54,776 nucleotides of DNA from an uncultured Gammaproteobacteria bacterium (GCA_964479455.1 CAYZMF010000001.1:1-54776); one strand, 5' to 3'; counted from the stretch's first letter, positions 9,886 through 19,869 are shown. The notes: a model not told the origin generated them from the letters alone. Program-made: numbers and translations.

Positions 9886-10454
9886 AGAGATCTAATTTTA
9901 AGATCATAATTAACTTGCTCAATTTTTCGCAAATGGTTGCAAGCCTGGTCATATTTATTTCTCAAAGATCCGGTCAAATTAAATTGGTTTAAGTGAGAAA
10001 TTATTTCTAAAACATCCTCATAGGCCTTTTCAATTATTTTAGATTCTTTTTTAGCGGCTGCATTAACACAAAAGCGGGCAATTTCTCCACATAAATCAGA
10101 TAAGCCCCCTAAATAACTAGCATAGTTAATCTTTATTTTATCAATTCTATTTATTTTTTTACCACCCAGCCATTGTGCAAATAGACATGCTTCAGTAAAC
10201 TCCTCTAGAGCTGCCCGATAACTACCCTCCTGCTCTAAGCGCCCAAGGCCTAGCTCTTCTTGCTTTTTTATAATAATACCTTTAAGTAAGTTAATGTTTT
10301 TTTGAGCGTCAATAATCTGTCCGCGCTGCAAAGAAAAAATAATTTTTTTAGATTGATGTAATATATCATTACTAAAGACAATTATTTTAATTCTTTCTCT
10401 TTCGTTTAATTGATAATCTTTCTTTAGTTTATTAATAAAAATTTTATTTATCAT
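9882..10454 (-). CDS. Translin-family protein
   Basis: The C-terminal ...YLGGLSDLCGEIARF...NLTGSLRNKYDQACNHLRKIEQVNYDLKIRSL parallels the translin tail (YL.G..D..GEL.R ... SLRKRYD..KYDVKKVEEVVYDLSIRG). Confidence 0.75.
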   Translation of the reverse strand: MINKIFINKLKKDYQLNERERIKIIVFSNDILHQSKKIIFSLQRGQIIDAQKNINLLKGIIIKKQEELGLGRLEQEGSYRAALEEFTEACLFAQWLGGKKINRIDKIKINYASYLGGLSDLCGEIARFCVNAAAKKESKIIEKAYEDVLEIISHLNQFNLTGSLRNKYDQACNHLRKIEQVNYDLKIRSL

Positions 10455-10459
10455 TTTAT

Positions 10460-13400
10460 TTATTTTAAAACTCTAAAAACTTCCTCTAGTGAGGTATAGC
10501 CCTGACTGGCTTTAACTAAGCCATCTTGAAGCATATTTAGCATTCCGTTTTTGATCGCTAATTCCTCAATCTCTGCTTCAATTACTTGCTCAGATTGAAT
10601 TAACTTTTTAATTTCTGAATTAAGCTCCATTACTTCATAAATACCCAATCTGCCCTTATAGCCGATTTGATTACACGCTTTACAACCCCTTCCTTTATAG
10701 AAAGTTATTTTTTTATCTAAACCATAAAGCTCCTTATTCTTAATGCTATTAATTATAGTTTCAACTTGAGCTTCTTCTTCTGTATTCAATTTAATTTCTT
10801 CTTTACAATGGGGACATATTTTTCTAACCAAGCGCTGACCGATGGAGCATTCAATGGAACCAGCTAAAAGTTGTTTAGAAATATTTAAACCAATTAGACG
10901 ATTAATTGCCCCAGCTGCACTGTTGGCGTGTAAGGTGGATAGAACTAAGTGGCCGGTCATCGCTGCTTCAATAGCAGTTTGGGCAGTTTCGCTATCTCGA
11001 ATTTCACCAATCATCATTATATTTGGATTTTGCCTTAAAAGTGAGCGCATGGCAGCGGCAAAAGTATAGCCCTTATTATTGTCAACTTGAGTTTGAATTA
11101 CTCCTGATAAATTGTATTCAATTGGATCTTCAATTGTAATTATCTTAGTATTTGGGGTATTTAGCTTATTAAGCAAGCCATATAAGGTAGTAGTTTTACC
11201 AGAACCAGTTGGCCCGGTGGCGATGATAATTCCTTTTGTTTTAGCGATAGCTGTATCAATTGTTTCCTTAGCTTTAGACATAATGCCTAATTCTTCTAAA
11301 CTTAGATTAATGGTTGATTGATTAAGCAGTCTAATAACCACCGTTTCACCTCGTCCTCCGGCAATAATAGATAAACGACAATCAATATTTTGGTCTGGTA
11401 GTTGAATGCTAAAACGACCATCTAAAGTAGCTCTTTTAACATTTGTGGCAAAGCCGGCTAATATTTTTAATTCAGCAATTAAAGAAAGATAAAGACTTTT
11501 TGGTAAATTTAAAATATCGTGCATTGTTCCATCAATTCTAAATCGAACATGCACTTCTTTTTCACTGGGTTCTATATGAATATCACCAGCCTTACTAGTA
11601 ACTGACAAAGCTAAAACAATTTCAATAATTTTACTTGAAGAGCTTTTATCGATCCCTTTGTTGATTTCAGAAAGATTGCTACTAAGTTTTTGAGCTTCAT
11701 CTAGACCTGTTTGACTTATTTTTATACCACGACCAATTGTTTCAGAAATTACATTATCATATAATTCGTTTACATAATCAAAATTACCAATTACCCGATA
11801 AACCTCTTCTAAGGAGGTGATGCCCTCTAAACACTTTAAAACACCATCCTGAAGCATGGTTATCATGCCATTTTCAATTGCTTGTTTGAGAATCTTAAAG
11901 GCGGGCGCCTTATCAACGGTTAATTGCTTTATTTCATCATTTAGAGTAAAAATCTCATAAATTCCTAGGCGTCCTTTATAGCCTAATCCATTACATTTTT
12001 CGCAACCGTTTCCAGCCTGATAAATAGTTGGCAGTTCGCTGGGAATATCAAGACCAGCTTTAGGCGAAATTACGCCCAATATTTTTTTAACTTGTTCCTT
12101 TTCTGTTTCATTTAAATTATGAACTTTCTTACAATCAGGACATAATTTTCTAATCAAGCGTTGACCGACTACAGCATTAATAGAGGGAACTAAAAAATAT
12201 GGCTTTACGCCAATATCAATTAATCGAGGAATAACGCCTGCTGCGTCATTGGTATGTAAAGTAGAGAGAACGAGGTGACCAGTTAAAGAAGCTTGTACAG
12301 ATATTTCGGCTGTTTCCAAATCTCTGATTTCACCAACCATAATGATGTTAGGATCTTGTCTTAAAATGGAACGCAGTCCCTTACTAAAAGAATAGCCTTT
12401 AGAGGTGTTTACCTGACTTTGATTAATGCCGGGTAATTGATATTCAATTGGATCCTCTAAAGTAATTATCTTTGTGCCTGGTTTATTTAATTTCTTTAAA
12501 ACCGAATATAGGGTGGTGGTTTTACCAGAGCCAGTTGGTCCAGTGGTTAAAATTAAGCCATTAGGCTTACTTATTTCCTGATTTAATTTATTAAATGCCT
12601 GAGGTCTTAGACCAAGACTTTCAAATTCAAGAGAAATAGTACTTGAGTCTAAGAGTCTCATAACCACGCTTTCGCCGTAGGCAGTCGGTAGAAAAGAGGA
12701 GCGAACATCAATCTTGCCATTTTTTAGAAAAATTGTATAACGACCATCTTGAGGTTTGTTTTCTATATTAATTTTGACCCCAGCTAGCATTTTCATGCGG
12801 GAAATTATTTTTCTCCATTGTTTTTTATCTATTTTAGTAGCCTCTTGAAGAACGCCATCAACTCGAAAGCGAACGGCTACATTTTTTTCTTCAGATTCAA
12901 TATGAATATCACTTGCTTTAATTTTAATAGCTGTTGCTAAAAGCAGGGTAACAATTTGAGAAATATTAACCTTGTTGATAATATCTTCTAATTTTTTAAA
13001 GTCGTTTATCTCCTTTTTAAACTTTTCTAAATCCTCTTCCTTTACCTCTACTCCCCCACTGAGGATTTTAATTTTTGGCACTGATTTATATATTTCAAAA
13101 GCATATTCTAAACTATTGTCAGAAATTAAATATAATTTTCCCTGACAGAAGTGTTTTTCAGTTAATTCATTTAATTTTTCTTTTATTTCCGAACTAGGCT
13201 TTGTACAGGCCAGTCTAATATGAGTACCATTGTAAAAGAAGCAAACTGTTTTTAACTCTCTGCTCTCTTTTTCATCAATTAAGGAGATTGCTTCGGGGCT
13301 AATTGGAAAGCCGACTAAATTGATATAAGAAAAGCCATCTCTTGAGGCTTTTTGCTTAGTAAACTTTTCTATCTCTTTTATCTCTATCTCTTGTTGTTTT

Positions 13401-13480
13401 CTTTTTAACTTAGTGCTCGGATCATTATCGTCTTCAAAGCTAGGGTTAATAAGATCATCAATTGTATTTACCTTTGACAT
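10460..13480 (-). CDS. pilB: Tandem-duplicated type II/IV secretion (type IV pilus assembly) ATPase of PilB/GspE type
   Basis: Two complete modules in one ORF. Each has Walker A GPTGSGKTTTLY, Walker B (IMVGEIRD / MMIGEIRD), His box TGHLVLSTLH and a tetra-Cys motif (CPDCK..CEKCNGLGYKGR / CPHCK..CKACNQIGYKGR). A GSPII_E-type N-domain precedes the first module. Confidence 0.9.
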   Translation of the reverse strand: MSKVNTIDDLINPSFEDDNDPSTKLKRKQQEIEIKEIEKFTKQKASRDGFSYINLVGFPISPEAISLIDEKESRELKTVCFFYNGTHIRLACTKPSSEIKEKLNELTEKHFCQGKLYLISDNSLEYAFEIYKSVPKIKILSGGVEVKEEDLEKFKKEINDFKKLEDIINKVNISQIVTLLLATAIKIKASDIHIESEEKNVAVRFRVDGVLQEATKIDKKQWRKIISRMKMLAGVKINIENKPQDGRYTIFLKNGKIDVRSSFLPTAYGESVVMRLLDSSTISLEFESLGLRPQAFNKLNQEISKPNGLILTTGPTGSGKTTTLYSVLKKLNKPGTKIITLEDPIEYQLPGINQSQVNTSKGYSFSKGLRSILRQDPNIIMVGEIRDLETAEISVQASLTGHLVLSTLHTNDAAGVIPRLIDIGVKPYFLVPSINAVVGQRLIRKLCPDCKKVHNLNETEKEQVKKILGVISPKAGLDIPSELPTIYQAGNGCEKCNGLGYKGRLGIYEIFTLNDEIKQLTVDKAPAFKILKQAIENGMITMLQDGVLKCLEGITSLEEVYRVIGNFDYVNELYDNVISETIGRGIKISQTGLDEAQKLSSNLSEINKGIDKSSSSKIIEIVLALSVTSKAGDIHIEPSEKEVHVRFRIDGTMHDILNLPKSLYLSLIAELKILAGFATNVKRATLDGRFSIQLPDQNIDCRLSIIAGGRGETVVIRLLNQSTINLSLEELGIMSKAKETIDTAIAKTKGIIIATGPTGSGKTTTLYGLLNKLNTPNTKIITIEDPIEYNLSGVIQTQVDNNKGYTFAAAMRSLLRQNPNIMMIGEIRDSETAQTAIEAAMTGHLVLSTLHANSAAGAINRLIGLNISKQLLAGSIECSIGQRLVRKICPHCKEEIKLNTEEEAQVETIINSIKNKELYGLDKKITFYKGRGCKACNQIGYKGRLGIYEVMELNSEIKKLIQSEQVIEAEIEELAIKNGMLNMLQDGLVKASQGYTSLEEVFRVLK

Positions 13481-13485
13481 ATTTA

Positions 13486-14454
13486 TTATTTTTTAGAAAA
13501 AACCCTTTCTAGCTTACTAGAACCTTTGGCAGTTTTAATCTTTAAAAATAATTTAGTCCAGGTGGCAGTTTGAAAAACACTCAGCAAGGAGGCCGCCAAC
13601 GCCATACTTGAAATAGATAGGAGCAGGCCTAAGGCGATTAAAAAGGCAGAGCTGATGTCTGCCCCTAAAATGATCATTGGCCCAAAAAGTATGGAGATAA
13701 AAATTAACACAAAAAAACCAATTAGAAAATTAATCACAAACAGGATAAAGGCCATTTCAAAACTAACTAGCCAGTTTTTTTTAAAGACGCGCCAGCCCTC
13801 TTCAATTGCTTCTAAGGCCTTTTTATCATCATTGACTACACTAACCATGGCATATTTCATAATAAAAGAAATCAGTAAAGCGATTGGAATAAATATTAGA
13901 AAAAGAAAGATGTAGATAATAATACTAAAATAACTATTAGTTATGTAGATAAACAGTAGAGGCAGGCTTAGCAAGGTAAATATTAAGGTAAGCAATATTT
14001 TACTACTTAAATTAACCCACAATAAAGACCAGAACCACTTCTTTCCTTTTTGAAAACTATTACTAATACTATAGTTTATGATTCTTCTCTTGCTATTATG
14101 AATTCTAATAATTTGACTAATTAAAGATGACTGAGAAACTACAGCAATATAAAGGATTATAATAGAAATAGCCAGTGCCAGCAGGAGTAAAGATATTATT
14201 GTCCAAAATAAAGCAATATTTTGAATAAAAATTTCCAGCAAACCAGACCAAAAGGCACTGGTAAAAAAACTAGCCAAAATAACTAGCCAAGTATTAATAG
14301 TAATCAGACCGTCACTTTTTTCAATAAAAGTGGCAATTACTTGATATTCACCACCTAAATAAAGAAAAACCGAGAATAAACCAAAAAACCATAAATATTT
14401 ATAACTTTTAGTTAATTGCCATGATTCTTTTAAAAATTTACGATAAGAAAACAT
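13486..14454 (-). CDS. Polytopic membrane protein, unknown function
   Basis: 322 aa with roughly 6-8 hydrophobic spans. It lies directly upstream of, and is co-oriented with, the tandem ATPase gene. Confidence 0.7.
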   Translation of the reverse strand: MFSYRKFLKESWQLTKSYKYLWFFGLFSVFLYLGGEYQVIATFIEKSDGLITINTWLVILASFFTSAFWSGLLEIFIQNIALFWTIISLLLLALAISIIILYIAVVSQSSLISQIIRIHNSKRRIINYSISNSFQKGKKWFWSLLWVNLSSKILLTLIFTLLSLPLLFIYITNSYFSIIIYIFLFLIFIPIALLISFIMKYAMVSVVNDDKKALEAIEEGWRVFKKNWLVSFEMAFILFVINFLIGFFVLIFISILFGPMIILGADISSAFLIALGLLLSISSMALAASLLSVFQTATWTKLFLKIKTAKGSSKLERVFSKK

Positions 14455-14520
14455 ATTATTTAATTGAAATATTAATTTAAGTCTGATATGATTATAGCAT
14501 ATTTATTCTAATATACCAAT

Positions 14521-15741
14521 ATGTCTAAAGTAATTGTGAATGAGAAAATTATCGATGAAATACTCAGTCGGAGTGTGGCAGAAATATTACCATCAAAGGA
14601 AAAATTAAAAAAACTCCTTTTATCTGGCAAAAGACTTAGATTTTATATTGGCACCGACCCGACTGGCACCTCACTACATTTAGGGCATGCGACCAACTAT
14701 TTAGTTTTAGAGCGTTTACGAAAATTAGGTCATCAGGCGATATTTTTAATAGGAGATTTTACCGCTACAATTGGCGATCCCACTGATAAAAGGGCAATGC
14801 GTCAGTCTTTAAGCCGAAAAGAGATAGTTAGTAATGTTAAAACCTGGTTAAAGCAAATTGCCCCAATTGTTGACCTGAAAGACAAGAAAAATCCCGTTTC
14901 AATTGTTTATAATTATGATTGGTTGGCCAAGCTTAGTTTTGAGGAGGTGATAAGTATTTCCTCTCATTTCACTGTTCAGCAAATGCTAGAAAGAGATATG
15001 TTTCAAAAAAGAATGAAAGAATCTAAACCAATTTATGTTCATGAGTTTTTTTATCCATTAATGCAGGGCTATGACAGTGTTCATTTAGAGGTTGATATGG
15101 AATTGTGTGGTAATGATCAAAAATTTAATGCCTTGGCGGGCAGAACTTTACTTAGAAAAATAAAGAACAAAGAAAAGTTTCTCTTTATAACCACTTTACT
15201 TGAAAATCCAATTACTAAGGAGAAAATGATGTCAAAAAGTTTAGGAACGGGGGTATTTTTAGATGAAAGTCCAGAAAATATGTTTGGTCAAATTATGGCT
15301 CAAGCCGATGAAAATATTAAACAGCTTTTCATCGATTGCACCCTTTTGTCATTGGATTATATTAAAAAAATGTTAGAAAAAATCAATAATCCTAAAGACT
15401 TAAAAATGATTTTAGCTAAAGAAATCGTTGCTCTTTATCACGGAGAAGAAATGGCTAATAAGGCGGAGCAGTATTTTATTAAAACGGTTAGCAAAAAAGA
15501 AATTCCTGACAGTATAGAGCTAGTTGGTTTAAAATATCAAAAGATTTCTTTAGTGGAAAGTTTGTTGGCCTTAGAATTAGTTTCTAGTAAAGGAGAGGCG
15601 AGGAGGCTGATTAGCCAGGGAGCAGTTAAGGTGGGCAGAAGAGATAGCTTAGAGAAAATAACTGACATAAATCAGGAAATACTGCCGAGTCCAGGTTTAA
15701 TTATTCAAAAAGGCAAGAGAGTTTTTAAGGAAATTAAATAA
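14521..15741 (+). CDS. tyrS: Tyrosine--tRNA ligase
   Basis: HIGH-type HLGH, KMSKS-type MMSKSLG and a C-terminal S4-like domain (GEARRLISQGAVKV). Confidence 0.9.
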   Translation: MSKVIVNEKIIDEILSRSVAEILPSKEKLKKLLLSGKRLRFYIGTDPTGTSLHLGHATNYLVLERLRKLGHQAIFLIGDFTATIGDPTDKRAMRQSLSRKEIVSNVKTWLKQIAPIVDLKDKKNPVSIVYNYDWLAKLSFEEVISISSHFTVQQMLERDMFQKRMKESKPIYVHEFFYPLMQGYDSVHLEVDMELCGNDQKFNALAGRTLLRKIKNKEKFLFITTLLENPITKEKMMSKSLGTGVFLDESPENMFGQIMAQADENIKQLFIDCTLLSLDYIKKMLEKINNPKDLKMILAKEIVALYHGEEMANKAEQYFIKTVSKKEIPDSIELVGLKYQKISLVESLLALELVSSKGEARRLISQGAVKVGRRDSLEKITDINQEILPSPGLIIQKGKRVFKEIK

Positions 15742-15744
15742 AAT

Positions 15745-17391
15745 ATGTCTTATTTACAAAACATAAAAAAAGAATTAACTAATTTTCTAGGACTAGAAAT
15801 TAGCAATTTCAACCTGACTCCAAATATTGAGTTAGGTCACTTGAGTCTCACTATGTTTAAAGTTGAGCCTAAAGTATTAATGGAAAAGAAAGATTTAATT
15901 TTAAATGATAAAAAGTGGAAACAGATAGTTGAAAAAATAAATATTGTCGGCCCTTATTTAAATATATATTTTAAAACGAATATTTTTAATACTAAAGTTT
16001 TATCTTTCCAAGAAAATTTTGGAGTTTACCCTAAGAACGAAAAAGCGATAATGATTGAATTTGCTAATTTAAATACTCACAAAGAAGTGCATGTTGGTCA
16101 TCTTAGGAATATTGTTTATGGTGATAGTGTGACTAAGTTGTTAGATAATGCTGGCTTTGAGGTAGTACCGGTTTCTTTTGTAAATGATTTTGGAATTAAT
16201 ACGGCTAAAACTATTTGGTTATGGAAAAAAGATGCCTATTTTCAAGATAGTCAAGAATATAAATTAGGAGAATGCTACGGCCAGGCAGTCAAGCAAATAG
16301 AGGAAAATGAAGCAATCAAAGAAGAGGTCTCTCTAATCATGCAAGATATTGAAAAAAGGCAAGGAGAGAATTTTAAAACCTGGGAGAAGACCCGTCAACT
16401 AAGTCTTGATTATTTTGATAAAATTTATCAGGATTTAGATATTTTTTTCCAACATACATTCTATGAAAGTGAACTTTTAGATGAAGGCTTAAGACTTGTC
16501 CAGGATTTATTAGATAAGAAAATATTTAGCTTTAGTGATAAGGCAGTTATTGCCGATTTAACTAAATATGATTTAGGAGTAATGCCAATTATTCGCTCTG
16601 ATAAAACAGCTCTTTATCCAGTGGCTGATTTAGCCTTAGCAGTTTTAAAATCAAAATTACATAATTTAAGTGAGTCAATTTATGTTATCGATGTTAGACA
16701 AAGTCTTCACTTTAAGCAGTTATTTAAAATATTAGAATTATGGGGATTTAAAGAAAAAATGCGTCACCTATCTTATGATTTTGTAAAATTAAAATCAGGC
16801 ATGATGTCTTCTAGGAGCGGTAATATAATTACCTATCAAGACGCTTATCAGCAAGTGTTTGATTTAGCTGAAAAGATTAGCCAGGAAAAACAAAGTGATT
16901 GGTCAGCAGAGCAGATTAAGGCAGTTTCTCGGGTTATTGCCCTTAATACCTTAAAATTTGAAATGATTAAGGTTTCTAGTGAAAGAATAATAGTTTTTGA
17001 CCCTAAAGAATTTTTAAGATTTGATGGTTATACGGCTGTCTATTTACTATACACATATGCTCGTATCAACAGTTTATTGCAAAAAAGCAAGACTAGCGAT
17101 GGATTTAAGGAAATGGTTAATTTAAATCTAATTAAGGAACAAGACTTGATTCTAAAGATCGCTATTTACCCAGACAGAGTTAAACAGGCTGCTCAGGAAT
17201 ACAACCCCGCTATTTTAGCTAGGTACTTATATGAACTTTGTGCTAAATTTAATGATTACTATCAATCCGTAAATATTTTAAAATCTGAAACACATATTCA
17301 GAAAGAAAGAATTATTTTAATTAGAGCGATAAAAAAAATAATTGAAAAATGTTTTAGTTTATTAGGACTAAAAACTGTTGATAAAATGTAA
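15745..17391 (+). CDS. argS: Arginine--tRNA ligase
   Basis: HVGHLRN, MSSRSGN and a C-terminal DALR anticodon-binding region. Confidence 0.9.
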   Translation: MSYLQNIKKELTNFLGLEISNFNLTPNIELGHLSLTMFKVEPKVLMEKKDLILNDKKWKQIVEKINIVGPYLNIYFKTNIFNTKVLSFQENFGVYPKNEKAIMIEFANLNTHKEVHVGHLRNIVYGDSVTKLLDNAGFEVVPVSFVNDFGINTAKTIWLWKKDAYFQDSQEYKLGECYGQAVKQIEENEAIKEEVSLIMQDIEKRQGENFKTWEKTRQLSLDYFDKIYQDLDIFFQHTFYESELLDEGLRLVQDLLDKKIFSFSDKAVIADLTKYDLGVMPIIRSDKTALYPVADLALAVLKSKLHNLSESIYVIDVRQSLHFKQLFKILELWGFKEKMRHLSYDFVKLKSGMMSSRSGNIITYQDAYQQVFDLAEKISQEKQSDWSAEQIKAVSRVIALNTLKFEMIKVSSERIIVFDPKEFLRFDGYTAVYLLYTYARINSLLQKSKTSDGFKEMVNLNLIKEQDLILKIAIYPDRVKQAAQEYNPAILARYLYELCAKFNDYYQSVNILKSETHIQKERIILIRAIKKIIEKCFSLLGLKTVDKM

Positions 17392-17395
17392 ATTT

Positions 17396-18751
17396 ATGAA
17401 TAATTTAATGGAACAAATTGTAGCTTTAGCTAAAAGGAGAGGATTTGTTTTTCCTAGTGGAGAAATTTACGGGGGCTTTGCTAACTCATATAGCTTTGGA
17501 CACTACGGAACACTTCTTAAGAAAAATATTTTAAATTTATGGTGGGAGATGTTTGTTAGACAAAGAGAGGACATCTATGCTATTGATGGCCCGATTATTC
17601 TACCACCTCAAACTTGGCAGGCAAGTGGTCATTTAGAGGGATTTAATGATGCCTTAATTGATTGCAAGGCCTGTCAAAAAAGATTTAGGGCTGATCATTT
17701 GGTTTTTGATAAAACTAAAAAAGATTTAGAGGGCAAGCTAGAGGCTTTGAATAAGGCCTTTGTTGATAATGACATAAGCTGTCCAAATTGTGCTAAAAAT
17801 TCTTGGACAAAGGTTAGGGCAATCAACTTAATGTTTCAAACCAAAGTCAATGGAGTAAATGAGCCAGTCTATTTAAGACCAGAAACAGCCGCCGCCATTT
17901 TTTTGGAATTCAAAAATATTGTTGATACAATGCGACCAAAATTGCCATTTGGCATTGCTCAAATTGGCAAAGCCTTTCGTAATGAAATAGTAGCTGGTAA
18001 TTTTATCTTTCGAGTTCGTGAATTTGAACAGATGGAAATAGAGTACTTTTTTGATCCAGCTAGTCAGTGGACGGACATTTTTGAAGACTGCTTAAAAGAC
18101 CAGGAAAATTTTGCCTATAAACTGGGAATTAAAAAGGAAGATCTAAAAAGATTAGAACATCCTAAAGAAAAGTTAGCTCACTATTCTCAAAAGACAGTTG
18201 ACCTAGAATTTAAATATCCATTTGGCTTTAAAGAGCTGTTTGGTTTATCACATCGTAGTGATTTTGACTTAAAGGCACACGCTAAATTTTCTCAAGAAAA
18301 AATTAGCTACTTTGATACTAATACTCAAAAACATATAGTGCCTCATGTCATTGAGCCCAGTTTTGGACTAGAGAGGTCCTTTTTAGCCACCTTAATTTCA
18401 GCCTACAATCAGGAAGAGGCAAGGATAGTTTTAAAATTACCACATTATTTAGCTCCTGTAAAAATAGCTGTTTTTCCTCTTCTAAAGAACAAGAAGGACT
18501 TGGTGGAAAAGGCTAAAATTATTTTTAATAAATTAAAATTAGAATTTGATTGCGAATTTGATGACAATGGTAATATCGGAAAACGATATCGGCGGCAGGA
18601 TGAAATAGGGACGCCTTTCTGTCTCACGATTGATTTTGATACTTTAGAAAATAACACAGTGACTGTCAGAAGTAGAGATGATATGAAACAAACAAGAATG
18701 AACGAAAATGATTTGATAGATTTTTTTAAAAAATCTATTGCTATAAGATAA
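17396..18751 (+). CDS. glyQS: Glycine--tRNA ligase (dimeric GlyQS type)
   Basis: MNNLMEQIVALAKRRGFVFPSGEIYGG..., class II motifs and a C-terminal anticodon-binding domain. The ATG at 17396 is preferred over 17378, which overlaps argS. Confidence 0.88.
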   Translation: MNNLMEQIVALAKRRGFVFPSGEIYGGFANSYSFGHYGTLLKKNILNLWWEMFVRQREDIYAIDGPIILPPQTWQASGHLEGFNDALIDCKACQKRFRADHLVFDKTKKDLEGKLEALNKAFVDNDISCPNCAKNSWTKVRAINLMFQTKVNGVNEPVYLRPETAAAIFLEFKNIVDTMRPKLPFGIAQIGKAFRNEIVAGNFIFRVREFEQMEIEYFFDPASQWTDIFEDCLKDQENFAYKLGIKKEDLKRLEHPKEKLAHYSQKTVDLEFKYPFGFKELFGLSHRSDFDLKAHAKFSQEKISYFDTNTQKHIVPHVIEPSFGLERSFLATLISAYNQEEARIVLKLPHYLAPVKIAVFPLLKNKKDLVEKAKIIFNKLKLEFDCEFDDNGNIGKRYRRQDEIGTPFCLTIDFDTLENNTVTVRSRDDMKQTRMNENDLIDFFKKSIAIR

Positions 18752-18807
18752 AAAAAATAGTAAAATAAAATTAGTTATAAAAAACAATTTGAAAGGAGGT
18801 GAGTTAT

Positions 18808-18912
18808 ATGGTTAAAAAAATAACAAAAAAACCAGTCAAAAAGGTGGTGAAAAAAGTCGCTAAGAAAAAACCAGTTAAGGCCGTAAAGAAAGTCCTTAAG
18901 AAAAAGAAATAG
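18808..18912 (+). CDS. 34-aa lysine-rich small protein (histone H1-like / polycationic), absent from the ORF track
   Basis: ATG is preceded by AGGAGGTG (18794-18801) at 6-nt spacing. Translation is MVKKITKKPVKKVVKKVAKKKPVKAVKKVLKKKK*. It sits in an otherwise empty 250-bp intergenic region. Confidence 0.55.
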   Translation: MVKKITKKPVKKVVKKVAKKKPVKAVKKVLKKKK

Positions 18913-19002
18913 TTTTTATTTACAAATACAACAAAGACCGTTTTATTTTTTTAGCGGTTTTTGTTTAAGTAAAATTTAAGTGATAAGTGGGATAATGATT
19001 TT

Positions 19003-19845
19003 ATGTGGAAAAAAATTATTATCATCATTTTTGTTTTGTATAATCTATTTTACTTATTAGATTTTTCAGTTGAAAAAAAACTGGCGCGGTTGATTTTTTT
19101 AGATGTTGGTCAGGGAGATAGCGCCTTGTTGATTTCTCCTGGCGGTAAAACTGTCTTAATTGATGGTGGTCCAAGCGCGATAATTAATCAGAAAATTAGT
19201 GATTACTTAGACCCAAGAGTAAAAAATATTAACTGGATGATTCTTTCTCATAATCACCGAGATCATTATTACGGCTTAATTACTCTTAGTGATTATTATC
19301 AAGTGGATAATTATATAGGCCATTTAAATTCAGATCTTAAAATAGTTAGCGATTGGTTAAAGGATTTAGAAATAAAAGGAACGACAATTTGGCCAATTGA
19401 AAAAAATATAGTTCAATATAATTTAGAAGAGAATTGCTATTTTCAAGTTTTAGCGCCACCAATATTTTTTTTAAAAGATGATGTTTCAAAAAATAATTTG
19501 TCGATAGCTGTGAAAATAAATTGCTGGCAAATTAATGCTTTGTTAATTGGTGATGCTGAGAAAGAATCAGAGCTTTTATTCTTAGAATATGCCCCCGAAG
19601 ATTTTTTAAAAGCCACTATTTTTAAAGTCAATCACCACGGATCGAAAACTAGTAACCAAGCTGTTTTTTTAAAAGCAGTTGCTCCTAGTTATGCGGTAAT
19701 TTGTGTTGGCAAAGACAATGCTTACAAACTTCCACATAAGGAGGTTTTAAATAATTTAAAAGATTTAAATGTTATAGCCTATCGGACCGATCGGGATGGT
19801 GATATTGAATTTTTAGCTAATAAAAGAGAATTATTAATAAAATAG
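19003..19845 (+). CDS. ComEC-type metallo-beta-lactamase-fold hydrolase (stand-alone C-terminal ComEC domain) with an N-terminal TM anchor
   Basis: FLDVGQGDSALLI, HNHRDHYYG (HxHxDH) and a later HHGS. There is no multi-TM competence channel domain. Confidence 0.8.
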   Translation: MWKKIIIIIFVLYNLFYLLDFSVEKKLARLIFLDVGQGDSALLISPGGKTVLIDGGPSAIINQKISDYLDPRVKNINWMILSHNHRDHYYGLITLSDYYQVDNYIGHLNSDLKIVSDWLKDLEIKGTTIWPIEKNIVQYNLEENCYFQVLAPPIFFLKDDVSKNNLSIAVKINCWQINALLIGDAEKESELLFLEYAPEDFLKATIFKVNHHGSKTSNQAVFLKAVAPSYAVICVGKDNAYKLPHKEVLNNLKDLNVIAYRTDRDGDIEFLANKRELLIK

Positions 19846-19848
19846 AGT

Positions 19849-19869
19849 TGTGGACAAGTCTGTGGATAA
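19849..19869 (-). promoter_or_regulatory. Pair of DnaA-box-like 9-mers
   Basis: TGTGGACAA (19849-19857, 1 mismatch) and TGTGGATAA (19861-19869, the perfect reverse complement of TTATCCACA). They sit just upstream of a -35 element. Confidence 0.35.
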
